This document shows, one piece after another, positions 51,330 to 64,000 of a stretch of 64,000 bases of DNA (positions are counted from its first letter, which is position 1; every line of letters starts with the position of its first letter). The position numbers and the translations under genes were made by a program. Location of the stretch: NCBI GenBank assembly GCA_036172245.1, contig JAYWIR010000069.1:310001-374000 (forward strand). Direction: 5' to 3'. The DNA comes from Raillietiella orientalis (taxonomy: Eukaryota). The notes beneath the pieces are model-generated. The model ran no database searches, was not told where the DNA came from, and worked only from the letters and a program-made list of their open reading frames with translations.

Positions 51330-51545
51330 GAGTAAGACTCGAACCTGGAATGCCTGGTACCACGAGTGAAGGCCGCAACCACACGGCGGCCGGGAAAAAG
51401 GGCAACGGGATTCATGGCTGCACCACGACGCTGCATCGTGGGGTGATTCCCTGTTTGCACTCGATGCCCGAACGGATTCTGCTCACCTGCATCCGATGCA
51501 GACGGAGCGGCAAGGTGAGCTGGACAAACTGCCTTTGTCCATGAC
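51330..51545 (+). mobile_element. Degenerate ORF1 zinc knuckle
   Basis: TCIRCRRSGKVSWTNC resembles CxxCxxxGHxxxxC. Confidence 0.4.
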
Positions 51546-52003
51546 CATTCCGAGACAGCAGCCGTATAGTGATCAGATGCGTCTATCTGTGAACTGCAGG
51601 AGCGATGTTATACAGAATGACCTCAGACTCATCGGCGATATTCTCGAACCGAACGCAGATCAGGTCTTCATCGGCAGGGAGCGAAAGAGAGACCAGCTCA
51701 ACAGGGAGAAATGACCTCTCCTCTCCTTTGCAACTCATTTTAATGCATGATTTCTATCTCATTGAAATGTTCGCATGCAGGTATCCTGTACGCTGTGGTC
51801 GTGTACACTTGTGTCAACTTTGCATCAATGGAACAGCTGCTCCATCGGGAAGAATCGCCCTGCGTTGCTGGTGATCCCTAAACAGCACGTTTGAAATTCC
51901 GTTGCGGGGGTGGATTATGCCGGAATCGTTATTTGCCTGCTCACCGTTTCAATGAATTCCATGAACATCACTTCAATCCATTCAAAATCAAATTCAAATT
52001 TCG

Positions 52004-55000
52004 CTACATCCTAATAAGGATATAAATATTCTCAAAGAAACCCTGAAAAGGGAAATTGCACTGAAAAGGTAGACTACCAATAGCTCCATCCATCTCTACC
52101 CACCATCACAAACCCCAACAAAATTCCTAGGATGGCACCAGCTAAGACGTCTGTCAAGAAATGCATATGGTCAAGAATGCGTGTCCACGCCACAAAGATG
52201 GCAGCCAAAAATAAGCAAACATCCACTGAGAAGAGAAGGAATAAATTTTCCAGGCAATTCTGCAGTAGGATCTGTTCGAAAAGATAAATAGAGGATTTCA
52301 TATCATTTATGCTCACAGCAAAATAAGTGGCTGTGTAAAATGAAGCTGCTGAATGACCAGAAGGGAATGACAGTCTGAAATGCACGTTAGAGGACTATGA
52401 CCCTTCTCCCTTTAACTAACCTAGCATCCTTAAGGGTGGAGTCGCTTACTTCTGTATTTGTGCACGTGTAGTTAGTGATGTACTTTCCAGCAGAGCAGCC
52501 TCCATCCCATTTTGGTTTACAGACGCTAAAGTTTGGGCGAAGTCTTCCGACACAAAATTTCATTGTGTCCACGGTGCCTTTTAAAATGACGGCTCCCGAC
52601 AGAAAGTAAGACAATTCACGCGCTGCATTTTTCAAAGAAGTTTTATTTATGCCGTCCCTCAGCTCGCAGGGTAGCGTCTGCAATTTGGTTGTAATCAGAC
52701 GTGACGCCAAATGGACACAATGTACAACTTTGTACGCAGACATGGACCCCGAGCACTTTTCATTTGTCAACATAAACGTGTTACAGCTCTGTCAGCACCC
52801 GTGAAAAACGTCATGGGGTTCAAGAGAGCTGCTGGAGGACCTTTTTCCCATAGTGGGGCGCACCCCTGTAGATAAATGTGTGCTCCGAAAGCAAACTACG
52901 CCACTATTGAACGTTATTTTGTCGGCGTTCTTCTCATTATATGCAAATGCATTCTAAAGTCACCATGCGTGCTGTTAGAACCGGTATTACTGCTAATGGG
53001 TGCGCCTCATAGTGAAGTGGTAAATATTGCCCTCGAACCCATGTCGATGGCTGCCGGTACATGTCCATGCAGTAACAGTGGCCGAACAGAATCGCACGTG
53101 CTCTCGCAGACTTACTAGATGAACATCTCGTTAATCACACAGATGGGATCACAAATCAGCTGAGTGCTCTTAAGAAAGAGAGAAGATCTGTCGGTACGCG
53201 GCAGGTATGGCTGGAAATGCGTTTGCAAAAGTCATTTGCACTCCGTTAAGTCAAGCGATGCTTCTGTTGACGTTCCCCTTAACTCATTCCGTCTACTCTT
53301 CAATCCGTTTGCTTCCCACCCTGCACTACCCATCAATCTTAGAACGTGTGGCGATCAGCATAGAAGAGAAAATTCAATGGATTTGCCAAAAACGAAATTG
53401 AAAAGCTCGGAACCACACTGCGAAATTAGGAATCTTCAGTGGCATTTAAAATGCAGTCGCAAACGTCCAATGGAATCCGAAAACCACCGGCAAGAAAAGG
53501 TGCATCCTTTCTTACTCCTTCATATGTCCCAAGGCAAATCCTCTTTATTCGAGGCTTTTTGATGCACATGTCGGCTGTGTTTGTACGCCACTCATCGCAA
53601 GATACGTTCCAGGTGGAAAAAATGTCGTTGGCTTTGCAGCTCCGAAATAGCTTCAGTTTTTAACCTTTGCACCATTCTCACGAACACCCTACTTGAATCG
53701 ACACGTAGCGGAGGTTGAAGGTAGGAAAAAAGTCGATAGCGTTAAGGAGACGGTCAACGAGACATCGCTCAAACTCATGAAGATGAGGGACGCAGTGACG
53801 GAACTGTACAAGTCATTGTTTAGTTTCAAAGGAAGTTTTAAGTACATAAGTGACCGGAAAGCATTTTCAGAGACATTTACGAAATACCTGTGAAAGGCAA
53901 GCAGAGAAATCACGCATCTCTTTCTCACAGGAGCCGTTATTCATCAAGCGGGGTGCTGGCAGCGCAGAGTTTGAAGAGGCTGCGCAATCATGACACGGAC
54001 CTTTTGCCGCGGGAAGTCTCGAGTCGCCTCACAGATGGAGTCCGAAACCGACCGTGAGATGGCTCGTGACCCCATCAACTGCATCACGCGGCAGTGCGCT
54101 CTTCCTCTGTTGATAGGGGGCGGCAACACGGCTGCGCGCGATATCACCTGCGCGACCGCGATGGTACATTCACAGTAGGGAGCGCACAATTTAATTGAGG
54201 CTCTCTCAACAATGGCGCAGTTTCCGCTTCTCCCGAGAGAGCCGCTGCAACAATGGCGCAGTTTCCGCTGCAGGCTAAGGAGCTCTCTCAACAATAGTGA
54301 AACATTTCCTGTTTACGAAGGAACTCTTTCAACAATGTTCGAGTTCCGACTGCTGCAGCGAAGGCTCACAAATGCATTTTGAAGGCCGAATGGCAGGTAC
54401 TTTTTTCGATCGAGGTCCGAGCGGCAGCTTTAACCAAACCAGCTCGGCTGTCAGGGCTGCCAGCTGTTCAAGTAGGATTAAAGCAGGTGTGCTACGGTTT
54501 GCCAACCATTCATCACATTTTTTTCCTTCTCAACGGCTCCTGAGCTCACGTGTGTTTTCTTGAAACGTGGCATTCCTTCCTGCTCGAAGCTTTCCGCTTT
54601 CACTGAGCTGCGAGACTCCCATGGAATCTTATAGTCTGATGCCTTTTTGCTAGCTCCCCCAGCAGACGTTCTCACAATCAAAAAAGGAGTCCATGAACGA
54701 CATTCCACAGAGCACCTTCCAGTCTGAACAGAGGTTTTAGTCTCCGGTAAAACCAGCTCCTCTTTTCGGATTCGCTAAGGCCGTTTTGTGCTTCTGGAGC
54801 CTTTTGGCTAGCTGCTCCACCATACCTTCCTACATTGGAAACAGAATTTTGCGAGCGAAGTTCTTCGGAGCAGGCTGAACTCGAAAACGAGGTTTCAGTT
54901 TCCTGTGAAACTGGCTCCTCTCTTCCTCTTCGCCGAGTCCGTTTGCACTCTTTGTCTTCGCGCAGGTGGATGAGAACACCCGGGATTCTGAGTAACAATC

Positions 55001-56540
55001 AGCGTTGCAGTCGGTAGCCCTGAAAGTGGTTGCGGTGGCGCGTGTTCCGATTTCCTCCCCCCTCCTTCTACGAGGAGCCGATACTTTTGCCTCATCTCAC
55101 GACCGATTCCAGGATACCGGAAACCTTTGTGGTTCCAGAACCGGGTGCAACTTTGGAAGGTAAAAAGGGGTAGACGGAATGGCCAACGTCTCCGGGGCGA
55201 AATCGCCGTCGATCCACCCTACTCTGTAGTTTCTCACTTACGATGGTGGTCGCCGTGACGAGCATTCCTGTGATGAGCTGAGCTTCGGAGACCGTTTGCT
55301 TGATGTACGGAAGCTGTATAGATGTGTCGTCACAATAGAATCCTCTTTTGGTGATTCCGAAAACTTTTAAGTAGATCTTCGGGAGCAGTACTGAAGAGAA
55401 GGGAGAAAGAAAACTCAGTTAGTGTTGAGTTGAAGGAAATTCCTGAAAGTGCGGTCACTGTTGACCACGGTGTTGCGCACAACATGCGTTGTGCTTTTTT
55501 TTCAGGGGGAATGAGCACTGTCAGGTGTAGGTAGTTTCGCACACTACGTGAGTATGGTGGGCTGGCGAAGAGTGGACCGAAACCAGAAGAAACGCGGCTT
55601 TGGACGAGATGGGAGGAACGAAAGAAGGAAAAGGGTTCGATAAAACTGCACCTGACGCAGCAGCCAATAAGCTGGCGAACATACACACTGCGGTTCATGT
55701 GGCAGTTGGTTTTGAATGGAAGCAGCAATGGTGCCAAAGGTAGGTGCAGGCCTGAAGCACGTGTTTTGTGCACCTTCTCACTTTTTTCTCACTCCATTGT
55801 TGGATTCCATTGTTGAGTGGAGAAAGGTTCGCTTCCGCGGAAGCAGGGACGAACTCTGCTTAAGACGCACAGCGTGTCTCAGCATGCAGCACTCCTGAGA
55901 CTTGCGAAGGTGCAAGCTGTACGAAAGATTGCGCCTCACGTTGAACCTAAGAGGCAGCTGTACCTTTGCTTCCTAACCTTTGCTTTGGCCATCCTTGCGA
56001 ATGGCTGTGGCGAATACCTGGCAAAAAGAGGTAGCAAAGTCAGGAGGGTGTTTCTAAAGAAGAAGAGAACACCCAAAAAAAGGTACGCGTACTCACATGC
56101 ACCAGAGGATCGCCTAATTGCTCCTGCTTAAACAGTGAGGGTGAGAGTAGGTGACGACTAGCATAAGAAAACAGTAAACACTCCTGCATTAGGGAGCAGA
56201 CAAGAAAAGCAAAAACGCGAAGGCTGGCGAAGAGGAAGGTGACGCTGTCCAAGTTCGTTGCAAAATCGTAGGAAGAGCGAGCGACTACAGCAGGTGGGAT
56301 CCACGAGAGGATGTTACCCAGAGTGCGAGCGATAATAGAAGGGGGATGAGCGATGATCAATGTGAAGAACAAGAGGACGATTCAAAAGTGCAAGTGAGAA
56401 AAGTTTGAACTCCTGGTGGCCATCGCGCTACGGAATGACGCTGGAAACAGCAGCCGCTGCAGCGCACTGAGGTACCCGATGCACTGACCCATGAGGACGG
56501 TCACGAACAGCCGCAACCACAATGTGAACAGTCCTGACAT
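52004..56540 (-). CDS. Lipid phosphate phosphatase (PAP2 family, PLPP/wunen-like), 6 coding exons, ~240 aa: 56540-56489, 55390-55242, 52677-52421, 52374-52317, 52271-52104, 52042-52004
   Basis: GT-AG introns with consistent phases give a 723-nt open frame: MSGLFTLWLRLFVTVLM/VLLPK...KRGFYCDDTSIQLPY.../...KFCVGRLRPNF (C1) ...DAR/LSFPSGH (C2) .../...TRILDHMHFLTDVLAG (C3). First and last exons are less certain than internal ones. Confidence 0.9.
53690..54050 (+). mobile_element. LINE linker relic inside PLPP intron 2
   Basis: RDAVTELYKSLFS (like FY..LF) followed by GKSR (like GKSPG). Confidence 0.4.
54200..54295. repeat. Short tandem duplication (~41-bp spacing) CAACAATGGCGCAGTTTCCGCT
   Basis: Two exact 22-mers plus a partial third (gctctctcaacaat). 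Confidence 0.8.
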
Positions 56541-57229
56541 CTCCACGTTGGACACGCCTGTTGGAAATCCAGCCTGCAATGAACGTAAATCATTTTCTCC
56601 ATATGGAGAAATCGGCAAAGCGCACAAAATCCTATCCGCTCGCAGAAACGAGAAAAAACGAATTCTGGTACCTCTGTTCCCGGTTTCCGCGTGTCTCAAA
56701 CAACTCAGAGCTTTTCTCGACTTTTCCACAGACTTACTTGTCTTTTAGGTGCAAAATTTACTAAATCGGTCTATTCCAAAACGCACTTCCCCCAGAGGAA
56801 GATTTGGAGGGACGTCCCTCCCGTGATGGTATGGAATCCAAAACACCGAACCAATGCCGGCGTCCGTGCGAACTGCGCCGAAGCAGGCGAGAGGAGTGCA
56901 TGCCAGGCTCTGGAGAGCAGATGCGCATCGCATCACCTGGACAACATCCACACAGAGAGCTCCACGGGCTCAGCAGAAACTGCCTGGAGTGCTCAACCCA
57001 CGTATTCCCAACGCCAACCGATCAGCGTCTCCGCCAAAGCCAACTTTCCGCAGCGGGTCATCACAGATGTGGCTGAAAAACTCAAGGGAGTTTGTTTCCT
57101 CTGCATTTGAGGCGAAAAGTTGTGCAGCCTTGAAGCGATTGGTGACCACACTGCATTCTGCGCCTCGGCAGAACGAGTATGCGCTCGATGAGGAACGACC
57201 AGTTCCCCGTGTAGGGATTTCCGAAGTGA

Positions 57230-59100
57230 GTGGAACCAGTTGCGCGGCATACCTTGTTCTTTGTGCCTGGTACGCCACTTGGTCAGTGAACGACAGTACT
57301 TTGTGGAAGGGGAGGGATGCATGGTGCCTGCTCTACTCTCGTCGTCAGATGGACGGGTATTAATGTACTTCCGGAACCGGTCCACTACTCCTCTTTTAGG
57401 AAGCACCGGAACGCAGTGTAAGGGGTCATTCGCTGCGCCCCGCGCTCTTCCGAAACAGTAGCTTGATACACTGGACGTCGGATGCGTGGAGCTACGAAGA
57501 AGTCTCCTCCGACAACTAGCACTGCGAGCGCTGCGAAAGAGAAGTGGCGGTGTGGCGCCTGCGTGCGTTTGCCGTTCTCCATCAGACGACACGATACTTG
57601 ACTCACGTCCGGAAGCGCAAAGAAGACGAGACAAAAATGTGCGAGTGGGTGCTCGCAGCTGCAGGAGAGGAGAGGGAACTGCGCAAAGAGAGAGAGAGTG
57701 ACGAAGACGGGCATCCTCGCTACAAGGCTGCAAAAACGCCCTAGTCGATGCCAAAATTCGCCATGGTATTCCTGCATCCCAAAAACAACACGACGATTGA
57801 GCTCGGCAACCTCGAAAGAAGACTCCCAAAAAGAAGGAAGCACACTCGAGCTTCGGACACTTTCCCGACGTACACTGGAAGAGCAAGATGGACCGTCCTT
57901 CTGTACAAAGCAGTTTCCGTGAATCTCAGTTTCCTCTAGAAGAGATGAAGAGGCCAATTCGGTAGCAGAGAAACTGGAGGATCTCCGAAGCATGGAACGT
58001 ACTTCCTGTCGGCAACCTCTGCAGGCACTGCACACTTCGGCAGGGGAGTGATGGAATCCGTTTTTTCCGGGAACCACAGCTTTACCACCCGCGCTGGCAA
58101 TGCACAGCGGGCTGCAGGAAAAGGGCAGGGCTGCCCACCAGCCACGGCATGCAATCCGAGGGAAAATAAAAGCGGATGAGAATTCTACATTTGGTAGTTC
58201 GGATACCACTTTAGCAAGTGAGGTCCACATCCTGCACCTTATTATGGGACAATCGATGAAGGTCACGCCGCTGCTCTCAGTTGACGGCTTCGGAACTGCG
58301 GATACGGCTGCTTGTGCAAGCGTGTACTTCGCCCCGAAACCCCTAAAGGTGACCTTGAACTTGTAAGGATCAAGGTGTGCTGCCGAGTTTTCTACATCTG
58401 AACAACTCAGAGTCCGTGAATGGCACGGTCTGCATCTTTCGGAATGGCATCCCGGTGATACCAAGCAAGAGAGATCTCACGAAGAGCAGCAGTTTGCGAT
58501 TCGAGCTGGAAAGAATGGCGCCCTTTGCGCTGGAAGATCCTCGAGGTCTGAGTTCAAGTGGACTCGAGCGTGGGCGGCATCCTGGCGGGCGGCTAGACGT
58601 CCGAAGGACGAAATCCCAAGTGTAGGTAATGGCAGAACCAGGCGCGAAGCTTCGCAGCCTTCGCGAGAAATTGCACTGCAGAATACACGCTCGAATCCGT
58701 CTATGACAAGATAAGAGAAGCTGGAATTATAGGGTGCCAGCAGTTACAAGCGCTGGTTAAGGAAAGCTGGACAACGAAATCGCGCATGCGCACCATGGGA
58801 CGCAGATACGTACCGGAAGACCGGCAGTCGTTGGAGATTCCCATTTAGCCATTTATGCACAACTTTGGGTGGGTGGCTGCAAAAGAACCGGTGAGCTATC
58901 CTGCGGCCACATCGCCGAGGAACTCCGATTCGCCCGGAGGCTGAAGCGATGGAATGTGGAGATTTTGCACAGCAAGGAACGAGAATAAGGGAAACCGCAA
59001 AAGAAGAGTATGAGGAGTTTAAGTAGGATGACGATGCAACAGGTGGATGATCTCAGGTTCTCCGCACACGGTAATCCCTAACAGTGCCCCGCGCGATAGA
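57230..59100 (+). mobile_element. Very old LINE relic (ORF1 knuckle plus endonuclease)
   Basis: LRGIPCSLCLVRHLVSE knuckle-like motif, then weak RGV, DGFG and WNY motifs in colinear order. Confidence 0.35.
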
Positions 59101-60699
59101 AGGATAACCGTCGAGTCGGCCACCGCTGTCCCTCAATAACCGAAGAAGCCAGCCAGCGCGCGGAGTCACCTCTAAAAGAGAATTCGACTTAACTGCTGGG
59201 AATCGGCGCTCTCCTGAGTCACGTCAAAGGCCTTGTCGTTCCGTGGACGCAGCAGGCGGTTTGCTGGGTAGCATGAGAATGCGAATACCTGCACTTGACG
59301 GTTTGTAAGGCTACTTGGGGGATGGAGCACCTGCAGGATTTCTCCTCCTCCTTTAGTTTGCATCACGTGATTGAATGAATGAAATCTTGAAGAGGCATTT
59401 GTCAGTGCAGAATGGCACAGTGGTGGGAGGAAGAAGATGCGCAATGGGCCCACAGGTAGCAATGGAGAATCCTTACTTTGTAGTTTGCCGTCACGGCTTT
59501 GGAGTGGCCTCCATTACAGCTTCGTGTCTGTTGCTACTTGGAACCCGCAATAGTTTTGGGAATCGGGAAGCAGCCGGAATGCTCCGACTTCACGCAGAAA
59601 AGGCGTCGCATTGGTGAGTTTGCTTGTCTTGGTGAAGTTCAAAAAGTGTCAGACCAAAACTGCTGGGTCACACAAGTGGTGATTCGAAGATCGTCTCTTG
59701 TGCTCTCGTAAAAGTAGTGGGTGCTCGCGGAGGATTCTTTGAAGATGGCGCCAGTTGGGAATCCCGTGGAAAGCACTGTGCCAGTTCGCTATGACTGGGT
59801 ACACTGCCTGCATCTGGTCTCTGCTGAATCCCTTGCATCCTCATCTTCTTCCTCTTTGCGCTAGTGATCCCAAGCCTGCTGTGAGTCGCGTCGTTGTTTG
59901 AGTGGCAGGTATCCGATCTGTAGTTTCCTCAGCACGGGTTGTATTCCTGTGTCAGCGAACAAGAGTGGCGGCTCCTAAAAATTTTCGATGCCTGTACACG
60001 AAAATGTTCAAGTACGATTGCTTGATCTCATAGGATTTCGTCCCAGGTTTCCTCCCTGCGACGAAGGAAAACGAAAATTTTGTTAAAAATTATTTCTAAT
60101 GCTCTGTGGCCCTCAAACGAGGTGGTTGCTGCTGTCCTTTTGTTAAAGAAAGTGGATGACGGATCTGCTTTGGTTTTCTGTCTTTGCACCGCTTTCCCTT
60201 GTGCTGTCATTTTCTTCCGGTTTCTTTAGATTTTGGTTTCTTAACTATGCAAGAACTTTCCACCCTCCTGGTGCATCGGGAAACGATTTCGTTACTGAAC
60301 CTAATCTAAGTGACCTAACCTGTATTTTTTTTGCTCCTTTTCTATTCTCGCGGAGTTCCTCTGGAAATAGGGAAGATTGGGAAGGCAGCTTCTTGGAGAA
60401 CAGGAAAGCATAAGGGCAGTGACCAGAGTACGGACAAGAGTGGGTATTTCCCCTCTCCCCAGGGAAACCAGCGCATCTGTGTCGTCACGCCTACTTAAGG
60501 AGGAAAAAAAAGGGAAGGAGAGGAACACGCGGCAGCTCCTCTATTTATGCCTTGCCTACCCGCTAATGGCTGTCTTTTTTTTTGGTTCGCCGCAATTCCT
60601 GAAAAACCGTTTGCATCCTTTGGAGGCGCATCGTAAGGGCTTCACCATGCCACCACGTTGCGCCTGGAAAAGCGCCATCTAAGAATGCGTACGGGACAC

Positions 60700-61200
60700 C
60701 TTCGTCAGGAGCATCCTACTCAATCCATGAAGCCCCTTTAGGAGGAGTCTCATTTCCTTACGCTTGGCAGGAAACTTCAAAGGGAGCCTTAGCTCTGGTT
60801 GTTACAGAAGCGAACTCCAGAGGGAACCTGCAATGAAACCTCTATTTGAAGACAATCCCGGAGGGGTGCTTCCAATTCCCTAGAAAGAGAGCTTCCCGAA
60901 GGGATCAGCACGGATCTTACACCATGGAGAAGCGGGTAAACCAGCTCCATGCAACAAGATGGAGAGTCTCCCCGTTTGTTGGGTCGGTTCCATTTGCAAA
61001 ACTGGGAAAAATCCCCCGTATGAAGAAAACCGTCCCGTATGAATTCCAGGAAGGGTCCCGGAGAGTCTACTCCCGATTCCTGTTAGTCAAGGGGGACATC
61101 CGGTCTCCAGCGCGCACGTGCCTGCCTTCCCCCAGCGCCATCCTGCGGGGAAACTCGGAACCCGAGGCGCACCCATTCTCGGCGTCCGCCCTTCCCTCAA
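60700..61200 (+). repeat. GAGGGAACCC-core repeat family, copy 4
   Basis: atgaattccaggaagggtcccgg; gaaactcggaaccc shared with ~49445. Confidence 0.5.
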
Positions 61201-61710
61201 CTCCTGGTGCCACGCGCCGCAGTTGTGGCCCTATGGCTACCGACGCGGGAGGAGAGTCGCTCTTAGTTTCGTATTTCTAGAGAGCAAAAAAGGGCGATGA
61301 CAATTTTGTGGAAGATGAAGTACTTGAATGGAGACGGAGTTATCGCGTTCCTTCTACAGAACTCTTCTTGACTGAAGATGATCACTGGCCACTTTGAATG
61401 GTTCGAAATGCTGCTGGATCGAGATAATTCAGCAGTTTACTAGAAATCACCGTAATAAGGAGAAAATAAAAGTAGATAAGGTAAGACGAAAGATAACTGC
61501 TGCACGTCACAGTTCCAGAGACCTTCCTTCGTGCTTCGTTTGAGCCACACCCTGTGGATGTTCATCAGTTCGGTTCACCGAAGCACATTAGTATGTCCAC
61601 TTGTGCCCTCTGAGGAAAACTTTCAAGGAATTTTTTTTTTGCATTCGCCGTATTGGCTGCGCGGTCAGCTTCCATTACATGTGATGACGATTATCTCAAA
61701 TCCCTAAATA

Positions 61711-61762
61711 AGTCTGAGTCACCATCTCAAACGCAGCTACGTTTGAGATGGCTACTCAGACT
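61711..61762. other. Near-perfect inverted repeat (23-bp arms, 6-nt loop)
   Basis: AGTCTGAGTCACCATCTCAAACG-CAGCTA-CGTTTGAGATGGCTACTCAGACT; 21 of 23 positions are Watson-Crick. Confidence 0.9.
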
Positions 61763-62839
61763 GTGCGTCAGGGAGGAGTAAAGTTCTTAAAAAAATATCC
61801 TTTTTTGCAACACAAATATCCCATCACAGCTCAAAGTAGGGTTGTCCAAATGCAAAAGAAGACAGTGCATTACATGTTTGCTTTCCAAATGAAAATATGA
61901 TTGAATTTCAGATATGAAGTCATAATTTTAAAGTCTTGGTTCAAAAACGCAAAAAAGATGCTCATACGTGTCAGATAAATTGTCAGACTTAAATAGAAAG
62001 CATTCAGTAAGGCATGAAACATTCAAAGCAACGCTACAAAAAAAATACGACCGTTGCCCCAAAGTACAATGTGTTTTGGGGCACACGCTTCAGCTGTACA
62101 TATACTAATATGAGTACTGTCTGTACTCCTGTGCAATGATCAGGTTAGTTAGCATTTTTAAGTTCTCAGTTAACGAAAAAGTGTTAACATTTTCTAAAAT
62201 AGAATTTCAAGAAGGTGGAGGTGTATACAAGCAATGAGAATACCAGCCGGTTACTGTGGAGTGCGAGGACGAATTTTCGCTGTCGCAAAGGTAAACCTTC
62301 ATGCTTCATTTAGCAGACTCGGGTCTTGACCTGAAATCATGTTGTGGGTCAACAGGAGCTAGAGTGAGGAGAGTGAGAGGTCTTACTGGTGGAGAATTGA
62401 GTGGATCATGGATGTCCCTAGATGTGCTACCATGAAGGAGGTCTCCTCCAACAGCAATGGTTTTATCGATGCTGCTGCTTGCAAAAGAGAGACCTCCGGC
62501 AACCTCCTGGCTGCAACGGTAGCTAGTAGGACTTTCAGCAGAATGGATCGCCAATGGGCAGCGAAACGCAACTCTACGCGACCGATGGTTACAATTCTAC
62601 GTTGCAATGTAAGGTAAAAAATGCCACTGACTTGCGATACATGGGATTCGTTAAAGAACCCAAACGGCTAAACGTGAGGTCAGAGGATGAGGGGAAAGGG
62701 GAGAGTTCGAGCCGAACTGAAAAAATGTGGCCCTGGTCCACCAATTCATACATTTCCCTATAAACTTCAATGGGCTTAAGATTTTTCCCTCCCCGAGGCA
62801 TCGTTCATAAAATAAAGCAAGGAAAGGTGAGGTTCTCCA

Positions 62840-62990
62840 GGTCATCGGTAGTATCCGCTCCTTTTTGCTCAGTACCGGCTCAGAACGAGGGCGACCTCCG
62901 ACTTGACTTCCTTTTCCGGGTGAGACCACCTCGCAGCCATCCACGTGGAGACCGACTGCCACGCGAGTGGCCTTCCTGGGCCACGCCCGA
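62840..62990 (-). repeat. Diverged direct repeat, partner ~63810-64000; possible ORF1 knuckle region
   Basis: GTATCCGCTCCTTTTTGCTCAGTACCGGC vs GTATCCGCTTCTTTTCACTCAGTACCGGC; minus strand QEGHSRG. Confidence 0.6.
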
Positions 62991-64000
62991 GACTAGCAGA
63001 TGGCGGGCTGTGACGACGGAGTGGATGCGACTTCTGGTTGAGGGCGCCTGAGGAGAGCCTCTGAGCGCGAAGAATGGTGTGTTAGAAGCGTTTGCGAGGG
63101 TAGCTCATGCTCTTCCAAGGATCCCTACCCCTTACAAGAAAAAAAAGAGGACCGTCGAATCCCCAAATCCTACGACCGTGCACGTTTCAACATCTCGCGA
63201 AGACCGTAGAGAGGACGAGAGGGCAATCAACGCAGCAATCCTTAAATAGAAACCGACACATCCTCTGAGAACATGAACCCGGGACAGTCCCAAGGAGCCC
63301 TTTGCAACTCCTGATGCCAGCCATGGAAAGTCCAACTCATCACATCGCAATGGTAAACAAGAAAGTTGGCCGCACTGCGGCTCACGGAGTGTGAAGCCTA
63401 GCAATTATAAGAACAGTGGTACTGACACCGAATCTGAACAAGCATCTGCTAACCTGGTCTGCAGAAGAAATCCGTGGACTTCTTGCACCCCTACTGAAAG
63501 ATTGCTTCTATCATCCCCCCCCCCCCACGCATGCGATGATGCTCAGGAGGGTCAAGTGCAACCGTGCTTCGATACACAGTGGCGCCGCTGCGAAGTCTAC
63601 GCTCCTCATTCTTATCATAGAGCAACGGTTTTGCACTAGTTCACACAAGGTGCTCTTATTTAACAGACATAAAAGAACAAGTTGGGAACCTTGGTCCCCA
63701 AACAGAAGCAAGAAAAAGAATTTTGAGGAGACACCGACACGCACTTTGTTACTGGGTCTCTTTGGAGAGGAAGGGTAGAGTAAGTAAATAAAGCAGAGGA
63801 GGATGACGACAGAGGTCTTGGATAGTATCCGCTTCTTTTCACTCAGTACCGGCGCTGAACGATTGAGATCTCCTGATCGGCTTCCTCTTCGTGGTGAGCT
63901 CACATGCAACCGTCTTATTGCGGGCAGCTGCCGTGCGGGTAGCTGCCCTTCCCCAGGTCCGAAATGCCGCACAAGAGGCCGCCTATAACGGCGTCACGGA

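Noticed and set aside
53693..53893. Nested antisense gene in the PLPP intron
   Set aside because: Resembles the LINE linker (LYKSLF) with no splice support
55330..56729. Transporter-like or Patched-like hydrophobic ORFs
   Set aside because: Resemblances were superficial; the region resolves as PLPP exons 1-2 and intron 1
57385..58464. 359-aa minus-strand ORF
   Set aside because: No recognisable domain; likely antisense shadow of a plus-strand LINE relic, though not formally excluded

Overview
Eukaryotic (animal-like) genomic DNA, not prokaryotic. Most of the window is a dense graveyard of GC-rich non-LTR retrotransposons of L1/Tx1 type: APE endonuclease, RT with DxxKAFD and YADD motifs, C-terminal CCHC zinc finger, and gag-like ORF1 knuckles. 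All copies are truncated or degenerate, and some are nested with exact 14-bp target-site duplications. About ten copies end in the same motif: AATAAA-like signal, then a CCCGG-N4/5-CCGGG hairpin, then TG, with no poly(A) tail. Much of 34-42 kb is a mosaic of direct and inverted near-identical copies of pieces of 6-18 kb, including a 1.8-kb AT-rich island. Host genes are an apparently intact six-exon lipid phosphate phosphatase (PLPP/wunen-like, PAP2 family; minus strand, 52004-56540) and an orphan ZO-1-like ZU5 exon (minus strand, ~22445-22588) abutted by a retroelement 3' end. All homologies were judged by eye; no searches were run.
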